Assembly (NCBI RefSeq): GCF_006345805.1
Contig: NC_043011.1
Location: 4,154,001 to 4,218,000 of the forward strand
DNA from: Octopus sinensis
Taxonomy: Eukaryota
Reading direction: 5' to 3'
Length of the DNA stretch: 64,000 nucleotides
Part shown: piece by piece, positions 12,417 through 23,425 of the stretch
How the letters are laid out: each line of letters begins with the position of its first letter
Numbering within the stretch: the stretch's first letter is position 1
The notes under the pieces: generated by a model
What the model was told of the DNA's origin: nothing
The model's database searches: none
What the model saw: only the letters and a program-made list of their open reading frames with translations
Program-made: the position numbers and the translations under genes

Positions 12417-12595
12417 TGAAGGCATCTGGTAGAATCGTTAGCATGCCAGGTTAAAGACTTTGCAGCAATTTGTCCATCTTTATATTCTGGGTTCAAATTC
12501 CACCAAGGTAGACTTTGCCTTTCATAAAATAAGTACCCATTAAGCACTGAGGTTAATGTAATCGACTTAATCCATCCCACCAAAATTTGAAACGA
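12417..12595 (+). mobile_element. Family C SINE, diverged
   Basis: ctggtagaatcgttagc..gggttcaaattcc..gactttgcctttcat..aagtacc. Confidence 0.7.
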
Positions 12596-12820
12596 ATTTA
12601 GTGTAAAGTTTCTGTCTAATTAACTATATCTTAACTATCCATTTATCTGAAGTTATCAAAATAAAATCAGTTTCAAGAACTTTTTGGCAGACATTTCAGT
12701 GTCTAGCACACCTTTTAAGGTGTTTTCTGTGGAATAGAGTTCAAAGTAATGCTTTACCTATCTTTCCATCTGCTTGCCTTTATTTTTTATGGTCTTCCTA
12801 CCTGTTACATTTTTCAAGTG

Positions 12821-13170
12821 GGTGATACCTGTGCCGGTGGCACATAAAAAGCACCTTCCAAACGTGGCCAATGCCAGCGCCGCCTTGACTGGCTTCTGTG
12901 CCAGTGGCATGTAAAAAGCACCATCCGAATGTGGCCAATGCCAGCACCGCCTTGACTGGCTTCCGTGCCGGTGGCATGTTAAAAGCACCAACCGATCGTG
13001 ACCGCTGCCAAACTCCGGTGGCACATAAAAAGCACCCACTACACTCGCGGAGTGGTTGGCGTTAGGAAGGGCATCCAGCTGTAGAAACACTGCCAGATCA
13101 GACTGGAGCCTGGTGCAGCCTCCTGGCTTCCCAGACTCCGGTCGAACCGTCCAACCCGTGCTAGCGTGGA
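12821..13170 (+). mobile_element. Family B copy with tandem units, tail lost
   Basis: gtgatacctgtgccggtggcac start as at 10329; four unit heads; ends ccaacccgtgctagcgtggaaa. Confidence 0.88.
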
Positions 13171-14329
13171 AATATATATCTGAGTAGTGCAGCATGCTTT
13201 GTCCCCACGACAGTTCGGTGAGCCTTCATGAACTTGCTGAAAAACAATCTTGTGCCCTGCACTGTTACTCACTGAGAACCTTCAGTAGGTGGAGTTCCTA
13301 AGACAATCTCATCTCATCTGTGCCTCTACATCTATGGGTTCTGCCAGGAGATTGTCCTCTAATAACCTGATGAACTCTTCTTCTTTATCTAGATGTCGTA
13401 TCATAACGACATCAGGGTGCTGCTTGCCAGTGGTTTTATATGGTGCATATTCTTTGGCTGAAATCTGATCTTGTAGCAAAAGCCAAAGAGCAATCTGTGT
13501 CACAATTGGCCCTCTGGAAGCTGTTGTAGAAATGCATTCATACTATGATCCTTTAATGTCATTGTGATGTGTGTCTGTATAAGGAGTGTATGATTGTGTT
13601 TACAGAGACCTGTACATACATAGAAAATACTGGCCTCTTGAGTTTTATGGTTGTCTATACCCTTCACCACTAAACATATTTAGCACCAAAGAAAAATAGT
13701 TGACACAAAAACCTACAGCAAGTGGTCAACGCTTCCCACAAATCATCTGTCTGCCAACTTTTTTCCTGTCTGTCATCCAGTTCTTTTTTTTTTATGTAAA
13801 TTTCCCCCATTTGATACTAAAAGTAAGTTCTTCCCTAAGGTAATTGAACTTACCATCTCCATGCTGATTGATTCTGTCAATAGGTTTTCAGTCCAATAAT
13901 GTTATGTCTAAAAGTTACATATCTCTGGTGATTTGACAATAAGTCTTGATTATGTAACGTACATAAAATAACTAATAATCACGTTATGGTAATGAAACAT
14001 ATGTAACATGTTGTAACTAAATATCAACAATCTCTCAAGTTTTGTCTTAATATATATGTGTGTGTGAGAGTGTGCGAATATATCACTCCACATAACGTAC
14101 ACACTAGGTTACTTATACACATATACACACCCAGGTTCACATAATTTTCAGCTCACCCACACAAACATACTCATTCACTTGCCCCCATTCAAGTATATAC
14201 ACTCACACACACCATTCTCACATACAAACATGTGCTTACATACCTTAGTTCACTGGAGTCACTGTTATTATTATTATCTCCCTTTCATTCAGCCTCTTTC
14301 TTCTGGCCATTTCATCATGTTGAACTGTT

Positions 14330-14525
14330 AACCTCTACACATTCTTTTTTCTTTCTCTCTTTTTTTTCATTCTCTCTCTGTTTTTCCCCTCTTAATCCTT
14401 TCTGTTGAAGAGCATGGGCTCAAAACATAAAGGTCTCTTTCCATTCTTCCCGAGCATTAAACTTATACACCTGCTTGTTCCTACACCTGTCTTTGTCTTT
14501 TGTTTTCTGTAAATTTGAACTATAT
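14330..14525 (+). mobile_element. Family F short repeat (probable PLE terminal-repeat derivative)
   Basis: ctgttgaagagcatgggctcaaaac..tacacctgcttgttcctacacctgtc..aaatttgaactata; reverse complement recurs at 52395-52560. Confidence 0.55.
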
Positions 14526-14629
14526 ATATATTTATATATACACATATCACTTAGCTTAATGGTACCACATGTTTAAGTTGTGTTTGAGAGGTATGGGATC
14601 GATCCTCTGTAGCGACCTGTTATGCAATT

Positions 14630-14726
14630 CAGACTGGAGTAGGGCGCAGTTCCCCAGCTTGCCAGTTCTGATCAGACTGTTCAACCCATGGACAATGGAT
14701 GTTAAATGATGATGATGGTGATGATG
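14630..14726 (+). mobile_element. Family B 3' tail fragment
   Basis: cagactggag..caacccatgg..gttaaatgatgatgatg. Confidence 0.6.
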
Positions 14727-14745
14727 AAATATATAAATATATATA

Positions 14746-14807
<62 letters not shown>

Positions 14808-15078
14808 TGAAAAACTATGTATATATATCTGATCTATGTGTGTGTGTATTTCCTCTATACACAGCCAAACTAAATTTAGCTTGAAGGTTTTTCATTTCTT
14901 GGGGAAGGTTCTAGGTTGGGGTCAAACTTTGGCCCTTGTCCATACAACCCTTCCAATTTTTTTTCAGTAGTATAATACTAAATTTGGCGTGAAGGTTTTT
15001 CATTACGCAGGGAAGGTTCTAAGGGGGTAAAATTTTGGCCCTTGCCCATGTAGGGGGATGTAGCCCTGCTATATGGCC

Positions 15079-15290
15079 CTTCTGATTTTTTTTCAGCAGT
15101 ATAATATTGTTTCACTTTTATTTCACTTTTGATAACACTTTAATATCATTTCACTTTTATTCTTTTACTTTTGACTTCTGATTTTTTTTCAGCAGTATAA
15201 TATTGTTTCACTTTTATTTCACTTTTGATAACACTTTAATATCATTTCACTTTTATTCTTTTACTTTTGACTTCTGATTTTTTTTTCAGT
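15079..15290 (+). repeat. 96-bp tandem duplication, about 2.2 copies
   Basis: cttctgatttttttt cagcagtataat.. starts at 15079, 15175 and 15271; first two units appear identical. Confidence 0.9.
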
Positions 15291-15444
15291 GTTATCATAT
15301 TGTTTCATTTATATTGTTTCATTTTTTATAAGACTATAATATTGTTTATACTACATACATACAACTGCTTACAAAAATAGAGATTAATGTATAATTTTTT
15401 TTCTATGTTCATAAGTTTTTGTTTACAATATTGGAATATATCAC

Positions 15445-15735
15445 CTAAGAAAAGTCGTAATCTCTCCAGAAACGACTATAAAGCAAGGAGGATTGTATTA
15501 CGTATCGAGAGTACATAACTAAGTGGATGTTACGGGTCGTGAGGCACTGTTTAAAATGTCTGTCCCACCATACCATGAAGAGGTTAGCAACATCACCAGC
15601 GATCACTTCTCCAATAGCACTGCCTTTTATCTGTTTATACAGTTTGTTGTTAAACTTAAAAATATGGGTTTTAAGCATAGTTCTAAGGCTGACACCGATA
15701 GCACGTGCGATAACTATCGCACATGTGTGGTAACT
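15445..15735 (-). mobile_element. Penelope-like reverse transcriptase fragment
   Basis: FKFNNKLYKQIKGSAIGEVIAGDVANLFM..YSRYV matches the PLE RT pattern FxFxxxxYxQxxGxAMG..ANLFM..YxRYVDD. Confidence 0.75.
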
Positions 15736-15850
15736 TTGGTCAGCATGGAGCTATAGCAGAAGACACTTGCCCAAGATGTCTCACAGTAAAATTGAACCCA
15801 GAACCATGTGATTGGTAAGCAAGCTTCTGAGCACATAGCCATGCCTGCAC
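15736..15850 (-). mobile_element. Family A SINE, 5' half
   Basis: gctatagcagaagacacttgcccaag..gaacccagaaccatgtg. Confidence 0.7.
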
Positions 15851-17684
15851 CTATGTATATATATAAGTTATATTTATGAAAAATTATACAATTTTTATTA
15901 AGATCAATAAAATTACATGCCTAATTTGTACACAACTTCTCTTTAACACACAACAAAAAAGTAGCTAAATAAAAACATAAGATCAATATATATTTTATCT
16001 CTTTCTATTTATCAATGTTTTTGAAATTCTGATTTATCCATTAAAATATTAGTTATTAATGACCCGTAATTTTGTTAGCATAATGATTAGCAAAATGCTA
16101 ACCAAAGGCAACAAATTTACAAACATGGAGATTTATGATAAATTTTATAATTAACACTAAAATGGGTGTCTGTTATCAATAAAATTACTCACATAATTTG
16201 TGTTTAGAATTTATGTACACAACCATTGCAATAGGCTCTACCTGTAGGTATGTTCTTTATGACTACAAGCAAGAAAATCGTGTTGAATTGGATGTTAGGA
16301 ATGAATAAATTCAGAGTTGGAGACTTGTGATGAATTAAGACTTGTTTCCTTAATTTGATTGTATAGTTTGATTATAACATTAGAAAAAAATGGACCAAAA
16401 TATCCACATGTTTTCATGAAAATATATTAATATTGGCATTTAAAATTTTTTACTAGTTATTCTAGACATAAAAAATGCTTTGGTTTAGTAAGTTACATAG
16501 ACATATAACCATTATTTTTTAATGTCCTTCCTCATTCATCATTGTTGATGTTGTCATCGTTGTTATTGTTGTTGTTATCATCGTCGTCATCATCCTAATC
16601 ATCATCATCATTATTTTTATATTTCGCAAGTGTAGTGTGTAAATGTTTTACCTCCTCCCTTCAAGATGTTTTATCCAAGCATTACCAAATGAAATTTTCC
16701 TTGGAATGCTTGTAAAAAGAAAATATAATTGTCTCAGCTGGGGTTTCGTATGATACCCCAAGGGTAAATAACAGATATAACAAAACAAAAAAAAAAGGTT
16801 TGATTCAGAAACTTTAGAGATTTTATTTATATACATTACGTTTACACTCCCATAGTGGCTACTACACAATAATTTTGCTAAATGACATAACACTACAGTG
16901 ACTAGAAATATAAAAAAAGAAATTCAAAATCACAACACCTAAACGTTTGAGAGGAAGAAGACAAGGATTAGTGAACAGTAAGTAAATAGAAGAAAATATT
17001 CAAAATATTCCGATAAGACAGCAATTGTAATGCCAGCAAAATAGCAGCAGCGATTCTTATATGATTTGAAATAAGGTTGTCCATTTAAATAGTAGCCGTG
17101 TGAAAGCAAACCATCCTTCAATACAAAATGAACAGATGGAAGGTAAGGTTTTGATCTCTCATGGTTACAAGCAAAAAATAGAAATGGGAGAATTTTGTAA
17201 AACTGAATAGCATTTCTTTGCTACAGAAGCTAATCCAGGGGAGCACAAAGAGAATAATTATATACCTCTGCTTGTGAATAAGCTGAAGTGGATTTAATTT
17301 AACCTTCATGTCAAGTAGTTCAAGAAGCATTCCAGGACATATCAGAAGAAGGGATCCCGATTAAAAATGGTAAAAAAACTATGCAGTACCTTTAAAACTG
17401 AGGTGACAGCTAAAATTGTTGACTTACTTCTAACTATTTAGTTATGCCCCAGTATATTGGTCAAAGAAATACAAGAGTCACAAGAAGGTATACTGGATAT
17501 GATGTAGAAACTCCTAGTGACAGTTCCATATCATTTGTGCCTCTTCAAGGACTTGTGGTTAGTAAAGAAGGCAGTGGAGCTGCTAGAATCATTAACACAC
17601 TTGGCAAAATGCTTCACAGCATTTTGTCTGTCTTTATGTTGTGAGTTCAAACTTGAGGATGAATCTGCCTTTCCTTCTTATGAG

Positions 17685-17803
17685 GTCAATAACATAAGTA
17701 CCAGTTGAGAACTGGGGTCAATGTAATCAACTAGCCCCTCACCTCTCAAAATTACAGGCTTTGTGCCTATAATAGAAAGGATTATTATTATTATTATTAT
17801 TAT
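17685..17803 (+). mobile_element. Family C SINE, 3' part with (ATT)n tail
   Basis: aagtaccagttgagaactggggtcaatgtaatc..gaaaggattattatt. Confidence 0.7.
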
Positions 17804-18192
17804 TTACTTTTAATCTGTATATTTGTTACAATCTCTTGTCAAGACACTCAGTGTCCTAGGGCGAGTGAAGGATAAGAGATGTTACTGTATGACTGGAACT
17901 TTGGGAAGTAGCAGGGACATTTGTGAAATATTGTCATGTAATACAACACAGATATTTAAATTGATAGGGTTTTCCTAAGGATGTGGGCAGTACTTCTCAA
18001 CACAATCTTTTGGATTTCTCTGAGACATGGTTCTCCTGGGATCTTATCTAGATGTTTCTGATATCCCATTTTTTTTATCAAACCTAGGACATCCACAATA
18101 ACAGGAACAGTTCTCACTTTAAGATGCCACATCTTTTGTATTTCAATTTCCAGGTCTTTATATTTACTTAATTTGTAAAATTCCTTTACAAA
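17800..18192 (-). mobile_element. R4/Dong-type (restriction-like endonuclease) LINE, 3' end
   Basis: KLSKYKDLEIEIQKMWHLKVRTVPVIVDVLGLIKK..IPGEPCLREIQKIVLRSTAHILRKTLSI* followed by a short 3' UTR; (AAT)n on both sides. Confidence 0.75.
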
Positions 18193-18219
18193 ATTATTAT
18201 TATTATTATTATTATTATT

Positions 18220-18680
18220 GGGGTGGTGGAGTGGCAGAATCATTATAGTATTGCAACAATATGCTTTATGGTGTTTGTTCTGGCTCTTCCCATTCTGGGT
18301 TTGAATACAACTGAGGTCAGCTTTGCCTTTTTATGATTTGAGGTTGGTATAATAAACTACCAGTTGAGTACTGGGGTCAGTGGTATTGACTATTCCTGCT
18401 CCCCATAAAATTACTGTCCTTGTGCCAAAATTTAAAGGAATTGTCATTATGAAGATGCAAGCTGGCAGTATTGCTAACATGTCAGCCAAAATGCTTAGTG
18501 ACACTTTTTTAGTCTTTTTACCTTCTGAGTTCTAATTCTGGTGTGGTTAACTTTGCCTTTCATACTTTCAGGGTTGATAAAATAAGTATCCGTCAAACAG
18601 TGAGACCAATGTAATTGTCTCACCCTTCCCCTCAAAATTCTTGGCCTTATGCCAAAATCAGAAAGAATTATTGTTATTAT
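18220..18680 (+). mobile_element. Two tandem family C SINEs, diverged
   Basis: Two heads (gtggcagaatcattat; gctggcagtattgc), each followed by tttgcctttc..aagta/aactacc. Confidence 0.7.
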
Positions 18681-19000
18681 TGGTGGTGGTGATGGTAGTA
18701 GTAGTAGTGGTGGTGGTGGTAGTATAATAATAATACTATTATCAGTGAATGTCAATTTATAAAGCAAACAGACCAATTTGTTTCCTTTGCTGTTGTCTCT
18801 GCTTTTCATCTTTACTGCAATTAATAAAATAAGTATTAATCAACTAATGCTTTTTGATCTATTTGACAAACCTCCTACACACACACACGCACACACACAC
18901 ACACACACACACACTCATACACACACACACATAGACTCACACACACACTACATTTAAGGATCTGATTGTATGTTAAAAATTATTATTATTATTATTATTC

Positions 19001-19244
19001 GATGCCAGTGCTGCCTGACTGGCTTCCATGCTGGTGGCACATAAAAAGCACCAATCGAGCATGGTCGATGCCAATGCCACCTGCTTGGCCCCCGTGCCAG
19101 TGGCATGTAAAAAGCACCCACTATACTCTCGGAGTGGTTGGTGTTAGGAAGGGCATCCAGCTGTAGAAACCTTGCCAGATCAGATTGGAGCCTGGTGCAG
19201 CCTCCTGGCTTGCCAGTCCCCAGTCAAACCATCCAACCCATGCT
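19001..19244 (+). mobile_element. Family B copy
   Basis: ggtggcacataaaaagcacc..gaagggcatccagctgtagaaac..catccaacccatgc. Confidence 0.82.
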
Positions 19245-19390
19245 GAGATCCACTTTACCTTTCATCCTTTCAGAGTCAATAGAATAAGTACCAGTCAAGT
19301 ACTAGGGTCAATGTAATCGACTATCCCCCTTCCCTAAATTTCAGGCCTTGTTCCTATAGTAGAAAGGATTATTATTATTGTTATTATTAT
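19245..19390 (+). mobile_element. Family C SINE, 3' part
   Basis: ctttacctttcatcctttcagagtcaatagaataagtacc..gaaaggattattattattg. Confidence 0.72.
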
Positions 19391-19392
19391 TA

Positions 19393-19776
19393 GTGGAGGC
19401 GCAATGGCCCAGTGGTTAGGGCAACGGACTTGCGGTCATAAGATCGCGGTTTCCATTCCCAGACCGGGCGTTGTGAGTGTTTATTGAGCGAAAACACCTA
19501 AAGCTCCACGAGGCTCCGGCAGGGGATGGTGGTGATCCCTGCTGTACTCTTTCACCACAACTTTCTCTCACTCTTACTTCCTGTTTCTGTTGTACCTGTA
19601 TTTCAAAGGGCCGGCCTTGTCACTCTCTGTGTCACGCTGAATATCCCCGAGAACTACGTTAAGGGTACACGTGTCTGTGGAGTGCTCAGCCACTTACACG
19701 TTAATTTCACGAGCAGGCTGTTCTGTTGATTTGGATCAACCGGAACCCTCGTCGTCGTAACCGACGGAGTGCTTCC
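19393..19776 (+). mobile_element. tRNA-derived SINE, head D1 + tail T1
   Basis: ggaggcgcaaTGGCCCAGTGGttagggc A-box; tail gttgtacc..tcaaagggccggcc..gtggagtgctcagccac. Confidence 0.85.
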
Positions 19777-19778
19777 CC

Positions 19779-19814
<36 letters not shown>

Positions 19815-19817
<3 letters not shown>

Positions 19818-20040
19818 GGCAGCGAGCTGGCAGAATCATTAGTACGCTGGATGAAATGCTTAGCGGTATTTCGCCTATTGCTACATTCTGAGTTCAAATT
19901 CCCCTGAGGTCAACTTTACCTTTTATCCTTTTGGGGTTGATATAAATAAGTAACAGTTGGACACTGGGGTCAATGTAATTGATTCATCCCCTCTCCCAAA
20001 ATTGCTGCCTTTGTGGAAAAATTTGAAACCATTTTTATTA
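19815..20040 (+). mobile_element. Family C SINE
   Basis: (tat)n|aaggcagcgagctggcagaatc..gagttcaaattcc. Confidence 0.8.
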
Positions 20041-20460
20041 TTACTCTTTACTCTCTCTTTAACTCTTTTACTTGTTTCAGTCATTTGACTGTAGCCATGC
20101 TGGAGCACCACCTTTAGTCGAGCAAATCGACCCCAGGACTTATTCTTTGTAAGAATATTCTAGTACTTATTGTATCGGTCTCTTTTGCCAAACTGCTAAG
20201 TTACAGGGACATAAACACACCAGCACCGGTTGTTAAGCGATGTCGGGGAGACAAACACAGACACGCAAACACACATACACATATTTACATATACATATAT
20301 ACAACAGGCTTCTTTCAGTTTTTGTCTACCAAATCCACTCGCAAGGCTTTGGTCAACCTGAGGCTATAGTAGAAGACATTTGCCCAAGGTGCCATGCAGT
20401 GGGACTGAACCCGGAACCATGTGGCTGGTAAGCAAGCTACTTACCACACAGCACTCCTGC
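20041..20460 (-). mobile_element. Family A SINE, full length
   Basis: Reverse match to 11582-11979. Confidence 0.85.
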
Positions 20461-20465
20461 GCTTA

Positions 20466-20499
<34 letters not shown>

Positions 20500-20517
20500 T
20501 TAATTTTTATTATTATT

Positions 20518-20906
20518 AAGGCAGTGAACTGGCAGAATCATTAGCATGCTGGTTGAAATTCTTTGCAGTATTTTGTCCGCCGCACATTCTGAGTTCAAAT
20601 TCCGCTGAGGTTGACTTTACCTTTGATCCTTTTGAGGGTGATAAATTGAGTACCACTGAAACAAATTTCAGGCCTTGTTATTATTACTGAGGAAGCAAAC
20701 TGGTAGAACCATTAGCAACCTGGCCAAAATGCCTAGTGGTATTTCATCCATCTTTGCATTCTGAGTTCAAATTCTACCATCATCAACTTTGCCTTTCATT
20801 GTTTCGAGGTCAATAAAAGAGATACCATCTGAGCACTGAGGTTGATATAATTGATTACTCCCATCCCCCAGGATTTCAAGCCTTGTGTTTGTCATAGCAA
20901 GGATTA

Positions 20907-20908
<2 letters not shown>
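20518..20908 (+). mobile_element. Two tandem family C SINEs
   Basis: Heads aaggcagtgaactggcagaatc and gaggaagcaaactggtagaacc. Confidence 0.72.
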
Positions 20909-20941
<33 letters not shown>

Positions 20942-22427
20942 TTAACATCCGTTGTCTATGCTGGCATGGGTTGGACGATTTGATGGGGCTGGCATGCTGG
21001 AAGGCTGTGCTAGGATCCAGTCTAATCTGGCATGGTTTACTATGGCTAGATGCCCTTCCTAGTACCAACCACTCTGAGAGCATTATGGGTGCTTTTACAT
21101 GCCACTGGCATGGGGGCCATTTGTGTGACACCGGTATCTGCCGCTACTGCAATTTTGCTTGCCTTGATAGGTCTTCATCTCAAGCATGACATAATGCCAA
21201 ATGTCTTGGTCATTGCTTCTGTGAGGCCCAACACTCAAAAGGAACTCAGCCACTTTGCCTCCATGAGGCCCACTTGAAAGGAACTCAGCTACCTCGCCTC
21301 TGCGAGACCTGACACTTGAAATGAACTCAGCCACTTTGCCTCCATGAGGCCCAGTGCTCAAAAGGTACTCAGCCACTTTGCTTCCGTGAAGCCCGACATT
21401 CAAAGGTCGATTTTTTTTACATGCCACCAGCACAGGTGCACTTGGCTTGATGGGTCCTCTTAAGCAGAGCACATCACCGAAGGTCACAGTCACTAGTCAT
21501 TGCCTCTGTGAGGCTCTAAGTTCGAAGGTTAAGTTTCACCCCCTCATCCCATGTCTTCCTGGGTCTACCTCTACCACAGGTTCCCTCCACAATTAAAAGT
21601 CAACACCTCTTTACGCAACTCTCCTCGTCCATACACAACATATGACCATACCAGCACAGTCGTCTCTCTTGCATACCACATTTGATGCCATTTATGCCTA
21701 ACCTTTCTCTCATGATGCTTACACTCTGTCGAACATGTACACTGACATTGCACATCCAGTGAAGCGCACTAGTTTCATTTCTCTGAAGCCTACGCATGTC
21801 CTTGGCTGTCATAACCCATGTTTCACTGCCATGCAGCATAGCTGTTTGTACACAGGTATCAAACACTCTGTCTTTCACTCTGAGAGAGAAGCCCTTTGCT
21901 GCCAGCAAGGGTAGGAACTCTCTGAACTTTGCCCAGCCTAATCTTATTCTCAAGGTTATGCTTTCAGAACAATCACCCCCACTACTAACCTGGTCGCTTA
22001 GTTACCAGAAGCTATTTACTACCTCTAGCTTGTCCCCCCTGGCAGTTGATGGAGTCTATTTTCCACATATTAAAGTTGGTTTCTCTGTTAATCCTTCTTT
22101 AATGTTGCTGTGCCTTTTGTGTGTTCAAAACTTACATTGGGTGCATCTTATGGAGTTTCTACCTACACCTTTTCTACAGACTGAGCTGGGTCATCTACCT
22201 AAGGGGATATGGGATTTGTTTACCTTCCTACTCGCTATGACTTTGGTTTTTGCTAGATTAACTCTAAGGCCCTTCAATTCTAGACCTTGTTTCCATACCT
22301 GGAACTTCTTCTCTAGCTCAGGTAGTGATTCAGCTATAAGAGCAAGGTCATCACCGTAGAGGAGCTCCCAGGGTCAGCCTGTCTGGAGGACTATGATGAA
22401 CAAGAGGGAGTTTAGCACTGATCCTTG
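20908..22427 (-). mobile_element. RTE-clade LINE, 5'-truncated: RT C-terminal half plus 3' UTR ending in the family B tail
   Basis: QGSVLNSLLFIIVLQ..PWELLYGDDL..LRVNLAKTKV..SVCRKGVGRNSIRCTQC..RIRLGWAKFREFLPLL..LHGSETW..RRLCWYGHM; then UTR 21600-20908 and (GAT)n. Confidence 0.9.
21215..21405. repeat. About 40-bp tandem repeat, 4-5 diverged units, inside the RTE 3' UTR
   Basis: Recurring aactcagccactttgcctccatgaggccc. Confidence 0.85.
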
Positions 22428-22471
<44 letters not shown>

Positions 22472-22474
22472 CAT

Positions 22475-22511
<37 letters not shown>

Positions 22512-22519
22512 TTTCAATA

Positions 22520-23040
22520 GTCTCGTATGTTTTCAGTGTACAACTGAGCACATCTTTTTGTTCCTTAGATATGTTCAGTGTTTTGTTTTCTTTCAGTTTT
22601 TGTGTTGAAAGTATGTGTGTAATATCTATTAATGCTATATTTTTGGCATTATCCATATTTGAAAGTGAGTATGCATTGCATTGACCCATGTAAGCTGTGT
22701 TGGGCTTTGACTTAAATATTTTCATCATTTCCAACGCAAGTTCTGGATATTTCTGCTTCCAGTTCTTCGTGTTTGGAAGATGCTCTTTTTAATAGTTTTT
22801 ATTCTTACAAAAACATATTGTTGTACATGTACATGGAATTGATACATTTATTTGGAGAAATTACTTTGCTGGCAATCTCTGTCAATAATCAGTGGAATTT
22901 ACCTTAATCTCCTTGTCTATGTGAACTTGCATGTCCCCGCATATAGTCAGTTTCTTATTCTTGAGAGCTTTTGTGTTGTGTCTTTGTGATGTCGTCTTTT
23001 CCTTGCTATTCGATAAGTATGGTTTCCTTTGTATCAAATC
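22520..23040 (-). mobile_element. Possible LINE AP-endonuclease remnant
   Basis: One frame with three stops reads ..KLTICGDMQVHI..KSKPN..ALIDITHIL.., loosely the I.GD.N.H and ID.IL motifs; weak. Confidence 0.3.
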
Positions 23041-23146
23041 TGATTCATTGATAAATGTTTTTCACTGAGAAAATTCATCCAAGGTGGTGAGCTTTTGCTT
23101 GGAAAGGATGAAACAAACATCAGTTTTAGAGTTACAGGCTATAAAA

Positions 23147-23425
23147 GCCAGGACTCATCTCCAAGCAACAACTAGAGATGGGATCTTGCTGTAGATGAAG
23201 GGAGATCTTTAAGTAGATTTGAACTGTTATGCTATGCTTTACATTGAACACTAACAGAAATGATGGGTGAAAGGAAAAATGCTTTTCAGAAATACAATAT
23301 GGAATAAAACACTTTAACTGATTTAATCCAGAATCTTAACTTGAACCTGAACATTAAATGATTATTTCAACCCCAAAAGGAAAAGCAGAAAGCAAATGCT
23401 ACTTCTTGAGAACAAGGAAAATAAT
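23147..23425 (+). repeat. Copy 1 of a ~280-bp local direct duplication
   Basis: Matches 26510-26795 with 3 substitutions and one 6-bp indel by eye. Confidence 0.92.

Noticed and set aside
16900-17650. Purine-rich, coding-looking stretch with short ORFs
   Set aside because: Frequent stops in every frame and no motif I could assign.
19393-19470. tRNA-like sequences at the heads of SINE families A, C and D
   Set aside because: A/B boxes are present but continue into SINE bodies, and I could not fold a complete cloverleaf; not called as tRNA genes.
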